Shown: one piece after another, positions 40,781-53,692 of the stretch | Position numbering within the stretch: position 1 is the stretch's first letter | Layout: every line of letters starts with the position of its first letter | Assembly (NCBI RefSeq): GCF_006345805.1 | Contig: NC_043007.1 | Span: 38,998,001 to 39,062,000 of the forward strand | DNA from: Octopus sinensis | Taxonomy: Eukaryota | Length of the DNA stretch: 64,000 nucleotides | Direction: 5' to 3' | Program-made: the position numbers and the translations under genes | The notes under the pieces: model-generated | Seen by the model: the letters and a program-made list of their open reading frames with translations, nothing else | What the model was told of the DNA's origin: nothing | Databases searched by the model: none

Positions 40781-41400
40781 CAACCTGAACCACTACAATA
40801 TAAGACTGTCATTTTGCTTCTCATTCGGATTCCCTGATATTTTCGCATGATTGTACCCTAAATCTCTCCACAAAACTGGATTATGAACTATAAGGACATA
40901 CACAAATTTTGTAAGTTCAAGACTTTTTCATCGGATCTCCAAAAAATCGAACTTATCTGCGATTCTTGTAAATTTCAATAACAATCTGTTCCTCTACACG
41001 ATATGACAGTCACTATGCTTTTACTCAGACTTTCCTCTACATGATATGGCAGTCACTTTGCCTCTTACTCGGATTTTCAGAAATTTTGCATGACTGTATC
41101 CGAAAATTTCTTCATACAACTTGATCAAATATTCAATATGAGCTATATGTAGACATGCATAAATTCTATAGGTTTAAAACCTTTCATCGGATCTCCATGA
41201 ATCGAACTTTCTTCAATGCAGTTAATCTTACAACCTCTTTTGTATCTACCCCTTTTGATGTTTGGGAATTCTCTGATATTTTTTCGGCTGACGAGTAAGA
41301 GCCATCTGTATTCACTGCATTTTTTGTAGCTTATTAAAGATGTCCTCGTACGAAACGATCGTACCGAGATTTTAATCCATTCTTGTTGCTTTTTTCCTAT
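40780..41400 (+). mobile_element. ~620 bp (TA)n-embedded element with internal duplications and a hammerhead
   Basis: Flanked by (TA)n on both sides. TTCATCGGATCTCCA..AATCGAACTT is duplicated at ~40928 and ~41184. Confidence 0.7.
41282..41369 (+). ncRNA. Type I hammerhead with long stem II
   Basis: UUUCGG CUGACGA GUA..UAC GAAA CGAUCG UA CCGAGA. Palindromic stem III, GUA cleavage after A41363. Confidence 0.83.
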
Positions 41401-42183
41401 TTATATATATATATATATATTATATATGTTTTTTTTTCATCATCATCATCATCATCATCGTTTAGCGTCCGTTTTCCATGCTAGCATGGGTTGGACGGTT
41501 CTACTGGGGTCTGTGAAGCCAGAAGGCTTCATCAGGCCCAGTCAAATCTGGCAGTGTTTCTACGGCTGGATGCCCTTCCTAACGCCAACCACTCCGTGAG
41601 TGTAGTAGGTGCTTTTTACGTGCCACCCGCACAGGTGCCAGACAGAGCTGGCAAACGGCCACGAACGGATGGTGCTTTTTATGTGCCACCGGCACAAGGG
41701 CCAGGCGAGGCTGGCAACGGACACGAAACGGGGCGGTGCTGGCAACGGTCGCGAAACGGAAGGTTCTCTTACATGCCACCGGCACTGGTAACACATCTGC
41801 AATTTCCATTGATCGATTTCCATTCTGATCCTCACTTGCCTCAACGGGTCTTCACAAGTAGAGTTTCGACATGCCACCGGCACTGGTAACACATCTGCAA
41901 TTTCCATTGATCGATTTCCATTTCTGATCCTCACTTGCCTCAACGGGTCTTCACAAGTAGAGTATCGACATGCTTTATTCTTTTATTTGTTTCAGTCATT
42001 TGACTGCGGACATGTTGGAGCACTGCCTTTAGTCAAGCAAACTGACACGAGGATTTATTCTTTGTAAGCCTAGTAATTATTCTATCAGTCTCTTTTGCTG
42101 AACTGCTAAGTTACGGGGACATAAACACACCAGCATCAGTTGTCAAGCGATGCTGGAGGGACAAACACAGACACACAAACATA

Positions 42184-42225
<42 letters not shown>

Positions 42226-42475
42226 ACATACAATGGGCTTCTTTCAGTTTCCGTCTACCAAAACCATTCACAAGGTGTTTCTCCCCCACCATCACTTGTC
42301 AAGTGATGTTAGTGTGTTTACATCTCCTGTAACTTACCAGTTCAACAAAAGAGACCAATAGGATAAGTACCAGGTGGTGCTACAGCATGGCCACAATTTA
42401 CTGACTGGAAACATGTAGGATGAAAGATAAAATGATATATAATAACTCTCTCTCTCACACACACACTCACACACA

Positions 42476-42506
<31 letters not shown>

Positions 42507-43050
42507 CAGAGTCAATAAGGAACCAATGTACTTACTCCCCCTGGCTTCCCAGAAGCCAGTGGGTCCACAAAGTCATTCATTCATATTTCATTACACCCAA
42601 TGACTGCAATGACCCCAATGTGAATGCATTCCAGAACCACACCCTTACCCCCCTCCCCACTCTTTTTGTAAGCTCCTTTCAGTTTGATCTGTGTCTCTTG
42701 GAACAAGAGAGACACAAAGACCCCATGGTTCATGGTTCAGGCCACACTCCAGATGCTTTTCTTTATGATTATTATTTTTTCTTTGTTTTGCTTTGCTATG
42801 AAATATTTGTGAACTGTGAAACCTGTTTCCCTTGAACACCCTCCACTGGGTAACAAGGATAGAGAAATAATTTACAAAAAAAAAAAAACTTAATTAAAAA
42901 CTAAATAAAATTAATAAGGTGCAGGCATGTGTATATGTAGTATTAAGCTTGCTTCTTGACCACATGGTTCTGGATTCAGCCCCTTGGATTGACCAAAGAC
43001 TTGTGGGTGGATTTGGTTGACAGAAACTGAAAGAAGCCCATATACATACT

Positions 43051-43106
<56 letters not shown>

Positions 43107-43292
43107 ATAATAATATATAAATTAATATGTTCAATAAGAAATAATTATTTTCGAAATATATAATATATATATATTATATATATATATATATATAGTTAAT
43201 CCAAACGTGAAAGTACAAAAAAACACAACAACGCGAGGACGTGGAAAAAATATAGTATTATTGGACGCTCAGGAAAGAAGGAAAGAAGGAGA

Positions 43293-43327
43293 GTTTAACG
43301 TTTCGAGCGGAGCTCTTCGTCAGAAAC
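43293..43327 (-). ncRNA. Minimal type I hammerhead in a (TA)n-flanked ~200 bp element
   Basis: GUUU CUGACGA A GAGC-UCC-GCUC GAAA CG UU AAAC, with a loopless ACGU stem III. A decayed relative lies at 25160-25195(+). Confidence 0.7.
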
Positions 43328-43655
43328 ATAGGAGAAGGAAAGATCCAGAGGAGGGAAGGCAGAGGCAAAAAAATCGCCACCCACTTCAGTCATGAATGAG
43401 CATGGGATTGTTCAGGAACAAAACACAGAGCCTGGTCCAGGAGTTGAACTCACTACTTCATGGTTGTGAGCCCAATGGTGAAACCACTGAACCATGCACC
43501 TTCACATATATGTGTGTGTGTATGTGTGCGCACATGCGTGTGTTTACATCTGTGTTTGTGTGCCCACCACCACTTGACAACCAGTGCTGGTGTGTTTATG
43601 CCTCCAGAACTTAGCGGTTTGGCAAAAGAGACTGCTAAGTACTAGGCTTTACAAA

Positions 43656-43702
<47 letters not shown>

Positions 43703-44861
43703 GTATTGGGATTGATTTGTTCAACTAAAATGCTTCAAGGCAGTGCCCCAGCATGGCCACAATCTAATGAATAAATCATGTAAAAGATAAGACAAAAGAT
43801 AACTAAATCAACATAGGTGTACCTGATATGGGAGAGAGCTTCTGTTTGGTTATTTGATCTGCTAGAAATCACAGCCAACTCTCTTAAAATAAACACTATG
43901 ACCTTCCTGGCACTTTGTCAGTTTTGATGACTAGTTTTCCAGCTGATCTAATCTATGGAATAGCCTGCCCATGAAATTAAAGTGCTAGTGGCTGAGCACT
44001 CCACAAATATTATATACATTTAGGATAGTTCACAGGGAGATTCCGCATGACACAAAATGGGACAAGACTGTCCCTTTGAAATACAGGCACAACTCATATT
44101 TGCCAGCTGAGTGGACAGGAGCAACATGAAATAAAATATCTTACTGAAGGACATAATTCGCCGCCAGGAATTGAACTCATGACCTTATTGTGAGCCGAAT
44201 GCCCCAAGCCACTAAGCCACATACCTTCATACTATCTTTGTGGTAAGTAGCTTGTTTACCAACCACATGGTTCCGGGTTCAGTCCCACTGTGTGGCACCT
44301 TGGGCAAGTGTCTTCTACTATAGCCTCGGGCCGACCAAAGCCTTGTGAGTGGATTTGGTAGACGGAAACTGAAAGAAGCCCATCGTATATATGTATATAT
44401 ATATATGTGTGTGCGTGTATGTTTGTGTGTCTGTGTTTGTCCCATCCAACATCGCTTGACAACTGATGCTGGTGTGTTTATGTCCCCGTCACTTAGCAGT
44501 TCGGCAAAAGAGACCGATAGAATAAGTACTAGGCTTACAAAGAATAAGTCCCGGGGTCGAGTTGCTCGATTAAAGGTGGTGCTCCAGCATGGCCACAGTC
44601 AACTGACTGAAACAAGTAAAAAAGAGAAAGAGAAATCATTCATGCAGTTGTTCCTTTCATTTAACATCTGCTTCCCATGGGAATTTTTTTACAACTGGAT
44701 GTACTTACTGTCACTAATCCTTAACCTGCCTTTTCAAGAAAGGGATTTTTTTTTTATTCCAGAGGGATTTAAAAGTACAGATACAATTGGAAAATGATTA
44801 TATTGACAGCAAACTTCACTGGTTGCAGTCCAGTCATAAATGATATCACCATCTGCATCTG

Positions 44862-44910
<49 letters not shown>

Positions 44911-44935
44911 ATATATATATATATAGTAATAATAA

Positions 44936-44966
<31 letters not shown>

Positions 44967-45094
44967 TAATATAATAATAATAATAATAATATAATAATAA
45001 TAATAATAATATTAGGGAATATAACTCCAAACTTACAGGGGAAAGTTCAATTTAGCATTAAATCAAATTTCACAATATAAATATGTAAAATATA

Positions 45095-45421
45095 AATTAG
45101 AGAAAAAAACCACTATTATGCAATTCAAACAATGATAGATGTAAAACAAATTATAATTAACAAATGAAATATATTTTTATAAAACATATAACTAGATCAC
45201 AAAAAGTATAAAAATGAATAATCAATATATAATAAGTAAAAAAATTAGAATTTAATTATAGCCATGGAATATGTAGTTTTTTTACTTTTATATATTGATT
45301 ATTCATTTTTATACTTTTTGTGATCTAGTTATATGTTTTATAAAAATATATTTTATTTGTTATTCATGATTTGGTTTATGTCTATCATTGTTTGAATTGC
45401 ATAATAGTGGTTTCTCTAATT
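45095..45421. repeat. Foldback palindrome (~150 bp arms) in TA/TAA tracts
   Basis: Arms ~45095-45245 and ~45277-45421. A fragment of the right arm recurs at ~25640-25700. Confidence 0.85.
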
Positions 45422-47448
45422 CATATATATATATATTATATATATATAATAATATATATATATACACACATATATATATATGTACATGCATGCCTGTACA
45501 CACACTCATATATATATATATATGCATATAAAAGGTATGACTGAATGGTTAAGAAGCTTGTTTCCCAATCATATGGTTTTAGGTTCAGCCCCATTTCACG
45601 ACACTTTGGGCAAGAATCTTCTACTATAGCTCTGGGCTAAATCACAGCCTTGTGAGTGAATTAAAGACAAAATTCCTAGACTGGGTGGTGTCTTGTGTTC
45701 TTGAGCAAAACGACTTCATCTCATGTTCTGTGATCACTTCAATACCTGATGTGTAATACACCATGCATCTGTTGATTTGATAAAGGGAGTGAGCCAATGT
45801 GCATCATAAGTATTTAATTACTATAAAACAAATTTGTGCAGGTTATTCAGCAAAATCTCTATGCTCATACATTATCTTCGATGGGAGAGTCCATCATGTG
45901 TGTGTGTGTATATATAAATATATATATATATTGGTAAAAATGGTAAGATAACAAAAGAGAGAAAGAGGCCTCGATATTATGTAAATAGAGGAAATTTATC
46001 TGTAAATTAATATGTGACAATTATTCGGTAGCCAAGATAAAACTCTGAGTTTTGGATGCTCACTTCCAATCAATAGATGGTGGTGTGGATTTCCACCTCG
46101 GCATCTGAAACTCAGAGTTTTATCTTGGCTACCGAATAATTGTCACATATTAATTTACAGATATATATATATATATAAATAGAGGTTAAAAAAAAACTAC
46201 CTTAAGGGATTGACAATATCCAGTGAATTACTGGTTTGTTACCTATTATTTTGTTGTAAATAGTAATGTTCCTAAAATAGTAGGTTTAAATATAAATCTT
46301 GGTTTATAAATATTCAAATTAAAATCCAGAAAATGAAGAAGTAGTGTTAATATAATTTATTAACTGCAAAAATTCCAAAAGAATGGAATTCCAGTAATTA
46401 AAACATTTTATTGGGCAAAATCTCATCAGAGGAGTAAAAAAGATACATCGTTAGGTTATTACATGCTATTCTTCCAAAACATCATACAAGCTCACTTGCA
46501 ATCTTAATGAGAAACGTTTCTGGCCAGGATAAATATTCCCTTGCTCAGAAACAGGTGAGGGTGGGCCTCAGGAAAGGCATGCAGCTAGCCCTAAAAATGT
46601 GTTTTAGCAAATTCTGTCTGACCCATGCACACATGGAAAAGTGGACAGGAGTGTGACTGCTGCTACTACATAACTCTAGGGGACTTGAATGGGTTAACAG
46701 AACCTGCATAGCTAGACATTTCCCAAACTTTGCACCTGAAATATAAAGGTTTTATAAAACTTTCTACATTGTCAGAAGTTTTCTATTTTCTCTCTTTTTA
46801 CCTTCTTCAATGATGATAAAGATAGATATGAATAGGGGTAGCTGTGTGGTTAAGAAGATTGCTTCCTAATCAGGTGGTCTTAGGTTCAGTCCTGATGTGC
46901 ATCACTGTGGGCAAGTATCTTCTCAACAGCCTAGGTTGACCAAAGCCTTTTGAGTGGACCTTGTAAAGTGAAACAACAACATTTAAAAGCTGTTTTCCAT
47001 GCTGGCATGGATTAGCTGACTTGACAGGAACTGACAAAACCAGAGGCTGTATCAGGATTCCATAGTCTATTTTGGTTTGGTTTCAGCAGCTGGATGCCCT
47101 CCCTAACACCAACCACTTTACAGAGTATACTGGGTGCTTTTTACATTCCACCATCACCTGTGCTTTTTACATGGCACCAGCATCCACACCAATGCTTTTT
47201 ATGTGGTACCTTGGTTTTAGGATCTGAGTTCCATTGTGGTGGGCAGTCTTTTTGAGTACCACAATGTGCCATATATCTTGGTCATCATCCCCTGCATATA
47301 TACACATATATAAATACATACATACATACATACATATATATATACTTATATATACATATATACATATACATACACACACACACACACATATATATATACA
47401 TACATACATATATACATACGTACATATGCATACATACATATACATATG

Positions 47449-47506
<58 letters not shown>

Positions 47507-48490
47507 GCATATGTGGGCACAAGATGTCTTGAAACATGTACAACAAAAAAGTATGAAGCATAAGTACATGGAATATGAACTATTCTTTCGAACAACGAAA
47601 GACACAAATGGAAAACAAAACAAACAGCATGACGAACGACCCTTCATCAGTTGTTGGGTAGTTCTCTAGTCTTGTATTTCGAGCATTTAACAATATATGC
47701 TTTCAATAAAATTGTTGCTCCCGCAAAGCAAATTAAATAAAATTTGGGATTTTGCGGAGGGTCAAAATAGGTAACACAAACAGGAAGGGCTGCTAATCCT
47801 AAATGAGGTTGTGGTGGCGAATGCGTAAATTAAACTAGGACAGGAGACAAACAAGAACATGTCTTTCTTGTTCTAGTTACAATGGAGAAAAAGAAAGAAA
47901 GGTGTCCGATGCACCTCAGGTCAGTGCCACAGGTAAATGGTGGGAACTATTTAAAGGGTACACCCCATAAAATCAGTAAAAAAGCAAGAATAACTTGTAG
48001 CTGCTGCACTTGATGCTACACCCAGTCCTTCTTTCCCAGAATGTTGGTCCAGTGGGGTGGTATCTCTCTCCTGATTATGTCTTTTCTGAAGGTGTTGACT
48101 TGTAACAGTTTAAGAAAAACAGGCATCAATCTTGGAGAAGCCATCGTGGTACTACTAATTCTTCCAGACTTGGCAAGTAAAACACAAACATACAAAAAAA
48201 AAAAGAATTTTGGTGTAATATAAAAATCAAGACACAAAATTCCTTGAGAGAGAGGAAGAGGGGGGGCAGAGAGGGAACAAGTAAGAGGTAGGTAGGCTGA
48301 CAGACAAATAGGCAGATGGAGAAAGAAAGAAAGAAAGAAAGAGAAGCAGGCAGGTAGGTAGACGGGCAAAGAGACAGATAGAAAGATAGATAGGTAGGTA
48401 GGTATGTAGGTAGACAGAACAAAGAGAGAAACTGAAAGAGGCAGGCAGGTATATGGACTAAGATAGATAGATAGATAGTTAGACAAATAG

Positions 48491-48523
<33 letters not shown>

Positions 48524-48546
48524 CAGGTAGGTAGATAGATAGATAA

Positions 48547-48591
<45 letters not shown>

Positions 48592-50085
48592 GAGTGGGGA
48601 GAGAGAGAAAGAGTGTACTTAACTGTCATCTAGTGTTTCATGATTTCAACCTTGTTGTACCTCATCAGCTTTGAAGTTGTCAAAGCCACAAATTATCTCA
48701 TTAAACTCAGTATACTGTCACTAGATGTCTGGAATTTATATTTACAAAATGCTTATTGGACAGCAACACAAAAGATGTATTTGTGAAAATAAGAAGCAGG
48801 TCTTTCCTCAAAGACATTCCAGGCGGTATTCATAACTGATTTTGGTGAGCGGCGAGTGGTGAGGGGAGAAGTAGACGACATAGTGTCTCTATTATCCAAT
48901 GAATGGTGGACCTCCATTACACTGTTTGACACAATTTTTGTCCTTGGATAGCAACTGTTGTTTTCAATTTGCTCACCCTTAGAAAGTATGAAAATTGCTT
49001 AATATTTCCTCCAAACTTTGCTTTCATTACATTTATTCAAACCCCAAAGAATCCCTCTCAACACATGGCTATGATGCTCCCTTACTACTCCTGCTCATGA
49101 TCAGAGATGCACATATTGTCAGCCACTAAGGGACATGCTCAAGTGGTTAATATCAAGTAACTGGCAAGCAAATCTGTATTATTGAGCAGAATATTTGCTA
49201 TAACGATAGTTCTGCTTTAGCAACTCAATACTGAATCTGTCTAAAATGTAATGGAAAACAGGTCAGTTTCAAAACATTGATGTCCAGGTCACAAAAGCAA
49301 AGTTTGAAGGGAATAGTAGTCATTTCCTTTGATTTCTAGATAGGAGCAAATAGGAAACAGCATTTACAAACCAATAACAAATAAAATATGAATTTTGTTA
49401 CACAGTGTTATTCAAGGATGAATATTCAATTGTTTGGTTAACTGAATTACCTGAAGTAACATGTAAGTGGCTGAGCAGTCTTCAAACAGTTGTATCATTA
49501 GCATAATTCTCAGGCAGAATCAATGTGACACGGTGTATGATAAGGCTGAATCTTTTCACCCTTTCCATTCTCACCTACTCAAAGACAATCTTGATTCTAT
49601 GATACAAATACCCTGTTTTAAACTGATCTAAATTAACACCTTCTATCAAAGTTTGTCATTAATTTTTATTCCAAACATCAGCATAATAAACCAGTCTTAT
49701 TTTGGCGCAAGGCCAGCCAATTACATTAACCCCAGTGTTCAACTTATTTTATTGACTCCATAAGGTAAAGTCAACCTCAGAAGAATTTGAACTCAGAATG
49801 TAGAGATGGACAAAATGTCACTAAGCACAAATTATTCTGCTAGCTTGTTGCTTTAAGCATCAACATAATCCTTTCTACTATAGGCTCAAGGCCTGGAACT
49901 TGAGGAGCGGATCTAGTCGAATTAAATTGACCACAGTGCTTAACTGGTACTTATTTTATCAACCCTGAAAGGATGAAAGGCAAAGTTGACCTTAGCGGAA
50001 ATTGAAATCAAAACATAGCGATCGGTGAAATAGCACTAAGCATTTCATCCAGCATGCTAATAGTTCTTCCAGTTCACTACCTTAA

Positions 50086-50530
50086 CCCTTTTGTTACCAA
50101 CCCAGCTGAAACCGGCTCTGGCTCTGAGTACAAATGTTTTGATTTCATAAGTTTTGAATTAAAATCTTCCACCAAACCTTAGTCACAACTTCCAGGTGTG
50201 TGATGCTATGGTAATGCTCACAAATTCCTTTTTCTCTACAGCAAAGACACTAAAATGTCATTTTCCCAATCTTTTGGTATACAGGTGCTAGTCTAGCTCT
50301 TGGTGATGAGCTTAACCCTTTCGTTACCAACCCGGCTGAAACCGGCTCTGGCTTTGAGTACAAATGTCTTGTTTTCATAAACTTTGAATTAAAATCTTCC
50401 ACCAAACCTTAGTCACAATTTATGTTCCTAACACTAGCTGAATGATAACTAAGTTATTTTACTAAATTTTGATAGATTCTTTATTATTTTCAAAATAAAT
50501 TGAAACATAGTTAATGTATTCCAACAGAAA
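50086..50530 (+). mobile_element. Two piggyBac-type MITE left ends in tandem
   Basis: TTAA CCCTTT(T/C)GTTACCAACCC at 50086 and 50316, with ~120 bp near-identical. No right end seen. Confidence 0.6.
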
Positions 50531-51543
50531 TATCTTTTATAATTTTCCTGTTTCAATCATTGGTCTGCAGCCACGCTAGGGCACCACCTTGAAGGGTTTA
50601 GTCAGACATATTGATTCCAGTACTTATTGTTTTTAAAGTATGGTACTTATTCTATTGATCTCTTTTGTTGAACTGCTGAGTTTCAGGGATATAAGCAAAC
50701 TGATACTGGTTTCGAAGCAAAGTGTGTGTGTGTGGGGGGGGGGCAAACACACACACACACACACCACACACACACACACAAACACCACCTTTTTATATGG
50801 CTACATCACCATATCAATTCTGCTGTAGTGGATGGGTCTTCTTGAGTACAGCAAAGCAAGGCACCATATATTACATATACAGGTAACATATGTAGCATAT
50901 AGGCATCATATATGCAATAATTAAATTATACATTATGCACTTCATGTTTTGCTATGTTCATGATCTCCAGGTCAATGGCAAAATTGTCTTGCACCAAAGC
51001 AGGCCATTGTGCAAAAAAAAAAAAAAGGTTGGGAGGACCACTGAAGTACAGGCTTCATGGGTACTGTTTTCCCTCTTAACTTATAAGATTAAAACAAAAT
51101 AAGTGTATGACTGTCTTGTGTTGATCACTTTCTTTTGTTTCTACTCATATCTCGATAACTGCGTCAGCTACTGTCAAGCATTATCTGTAGACAAGGAACA
51201 AGGAAGTGAAGACTGAAAGACAACTGCTTCTATATTTATTGTAAAACATCCAAATGCCATCAAGGAAGCTCTGCTGAACATTCCTTGTTGAGAAAATGGA
51301 AGATGTGAACAAGTGCATGTGCTGGAGAGCCAATTACTTCAAGAAAATACCAGGCTTTCCAGCCTACTTTGTCAATCAATGTTGATGTTTTAGAAACAAC
51401 ACAAAATCTTGGTCAGGAGATTGTTTACTTGTGGTTAAAACCTTGGTTCTTCCTTAACAGGTTCTACTATAACCTAAATGATGTATATATGTGCATGTAA
51501 GTGTGTATATATAAGTGTGTGTACATATGTATATTTATATGCA

Positions 51544-51623
<80 letters not shown>

Positions 51624-51915
51624 TTGAGGAAGACCTAATGTAAGTAACATGTAGCAAGGAAGATATTTACAGAGGATTGTCTGGTTTTGGATGTGTGTAT
51701 GTTTATGTGTGATTCTTTGTATGTAAATGTGTGTGTATATCTGTGAATGCTTGTTTGAGGAAATGTGTGTGTGTGTATGTGGTTTTTGGTATGTGCGTAT
51801 GTGAGACTGTGTCGGTATGTTTGTGTGTGTGTATGTATGTGTGTGCATGCATATGTGTGGGTGTGTTTATGAAGACAGGTTTGGCTATAAAATAAGTAAA
51901 TATTAGCAGGTGAAG

Positions 51916-52230
51916 ACACATGGCTTAGTGGTTAGGGTATTTGAGTCACACAATCACAAAGTTGTGAGTTTGATTCCTGGTGGTGCACTGTTTCCTTGAG
52001 CAAGACACTTTATTTCACATTGCTCCAGTCCACTCACCTGGCAAAAATGAATTGTACCAGTAATTCAAAGAGCTGGCCTTGTCACATTCTGTGTCATGCC
52101 AAATCTTCCCTAGAACTATTCTAAGGGTATGCAAGTCTGTGAAGTGCTCAGCCACTTGCACATTAATTTCACAAGTAGGCTGTTCCGTTAATTGGAACAA
52201 CTGGAACCCTCATTGTTGTAATTGACAGAG
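51916..52230 (+). mobile_element. CORE-like SINE family F
   Basis: tRNA-like head, CCTTGAGCAAGACACTT core, 3' region AGTGCTCAGCCACTTGCACRTTAATTTCAC shared with ~6060-6215, 43900-44220(-), 63350-63620(-). Confidence 0.7.
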
Positions 52231-52988
52231 GACTCATTAAATACTGGTAATATAAAATACTATAAGTAACAAAATATATTGTAATGTAACACAAAGTAAT
52301 ATGAAATACTAGCTTGCCCCATGCTGTCAAAAATGATGGCTAATTGTAGTATTTTATATATAAATATGGATGGTAAATCAAATTAATACACTTGTCAATG
52401 TTATCTAGTGGTTGTCTTTTGAGATGTGACATCAATCATCATTTGTTACTGATAGACTACAAGTCGACACATACGAACATTCACATACTTCCCTTGTACA
52501 CACACACACACATACTTACATACATATACTCACACAGAGTTGAAACACTGTTTGATTTTTCTTTTCAGCATTGAATATTCACCATCTCACTTCCACTGCA
52601 CACACATACACACACACAAACACTTACATACCTCCATTTTACATACACACACATAAGCTCATACAGCGTTAAAACACTCCCACTACCCAATGATCTTATT
52701 CACTCAAGGCATTGACTGAAAAGGTGAATAGTAGAGAAACAGATGACGGGAAAGACAGGCTCAGTTATTAGAAAGGGGCAAGTGCTTTGATGCAAACAAA
52801 TTTAACCCTTTGGTATTTAAACTGGCTGCATCTGACCATCCAAATATTCCACCTGTTTTATGTTCAAACTAGCCAAATCTGGCGTGTCACACCTACCCTA
52901 CAATGTCATTCTAAGAATAACCAATTATATCATCAAAATCTCAAAACTACAAGATAGTGTGTGATTAATTCAAAATAACATGAATTAA

Positions 52989-53692
52989 CCCTTTAGCATT
53001 CAGATTATTCTGTCAAATGTAACACTTATTTATTGACATCATCATGATCATGATCATGATCATCGTTTAACATCCGTTTTCCATGCTAGCATGGGTTGGA
53101 CGGTTTGACTGGGGTCTGGGAAGCCATGAGGCTGCACCAGGTTCCAGTCTGATCTGGCAGTGTTTCTACAGCTGGATGCTCTTCCTAATGCCAACCACTC
53201 CATGAGTGTAGTGGCGGCAAGCTGGCAAAAACGTTATCACACCGGGCAAAATGCTTAGCGGTATTTCGTCTGCCGTTACATTCTGAGTTCAAATTCCGCC
53301 GAGGTCGACTTTGCCTTTCATCCTTTTGGGGTCGATAAATTAAGTACCAGTTACACACTGGGGTCGATGTAATCGACTTAATCCCTTTGTCTGTTCTTGT
53401 TTGCCCACTCTATGTTTAGCCCCTTGTGGGTAGTAAAGAAATAGGGTTCTTTTTACGTGCCACTGGCACAGGTGCCAGGGGATGCTGGCAACGGCCATGA
53501 TCGGTTGGTGCTTTTTACGTGCCGGTTTTAATTAATCATGCATTATCTTGTAGCTTTGAAATTTTGATTATGGGACTGTATATTTTTTAGATTAATATTG
53601 TAAGGTAGCTGTGAGATGCACAATCTAGCCAGATTGAACATAAACCAGCAAGAATATTTTGGTTGGATATGGTCAGTTTAAATGCTAAATGG
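52989..53692 (+). mobile_element. piggyBac-type MITE with nested family D, itself holding SINE B
   Basis: TTAA on both sides, termini CCCTTTAGCATT / AATGCTAAATGG. D at ~53040-53525 is interrupted by B at ~53215-53445. Confidence 0.7.

Noticed and set aside
47560-47700. Minus-strand CTGATGAAGGG in a TA-flanked element
   Set aside because: No properly placed GAAA or stem III.
47990-48175. Possible exon (several open readings on the minus strand)
   Set aside because: No convincing donor, conflicting frames, no recognisable motif.
48625-48675. Minus-strand CTGATGAG..GAAA TCATGA as a hammerhead
   Set aside because: No UH after stem III, and stem I does not pair.
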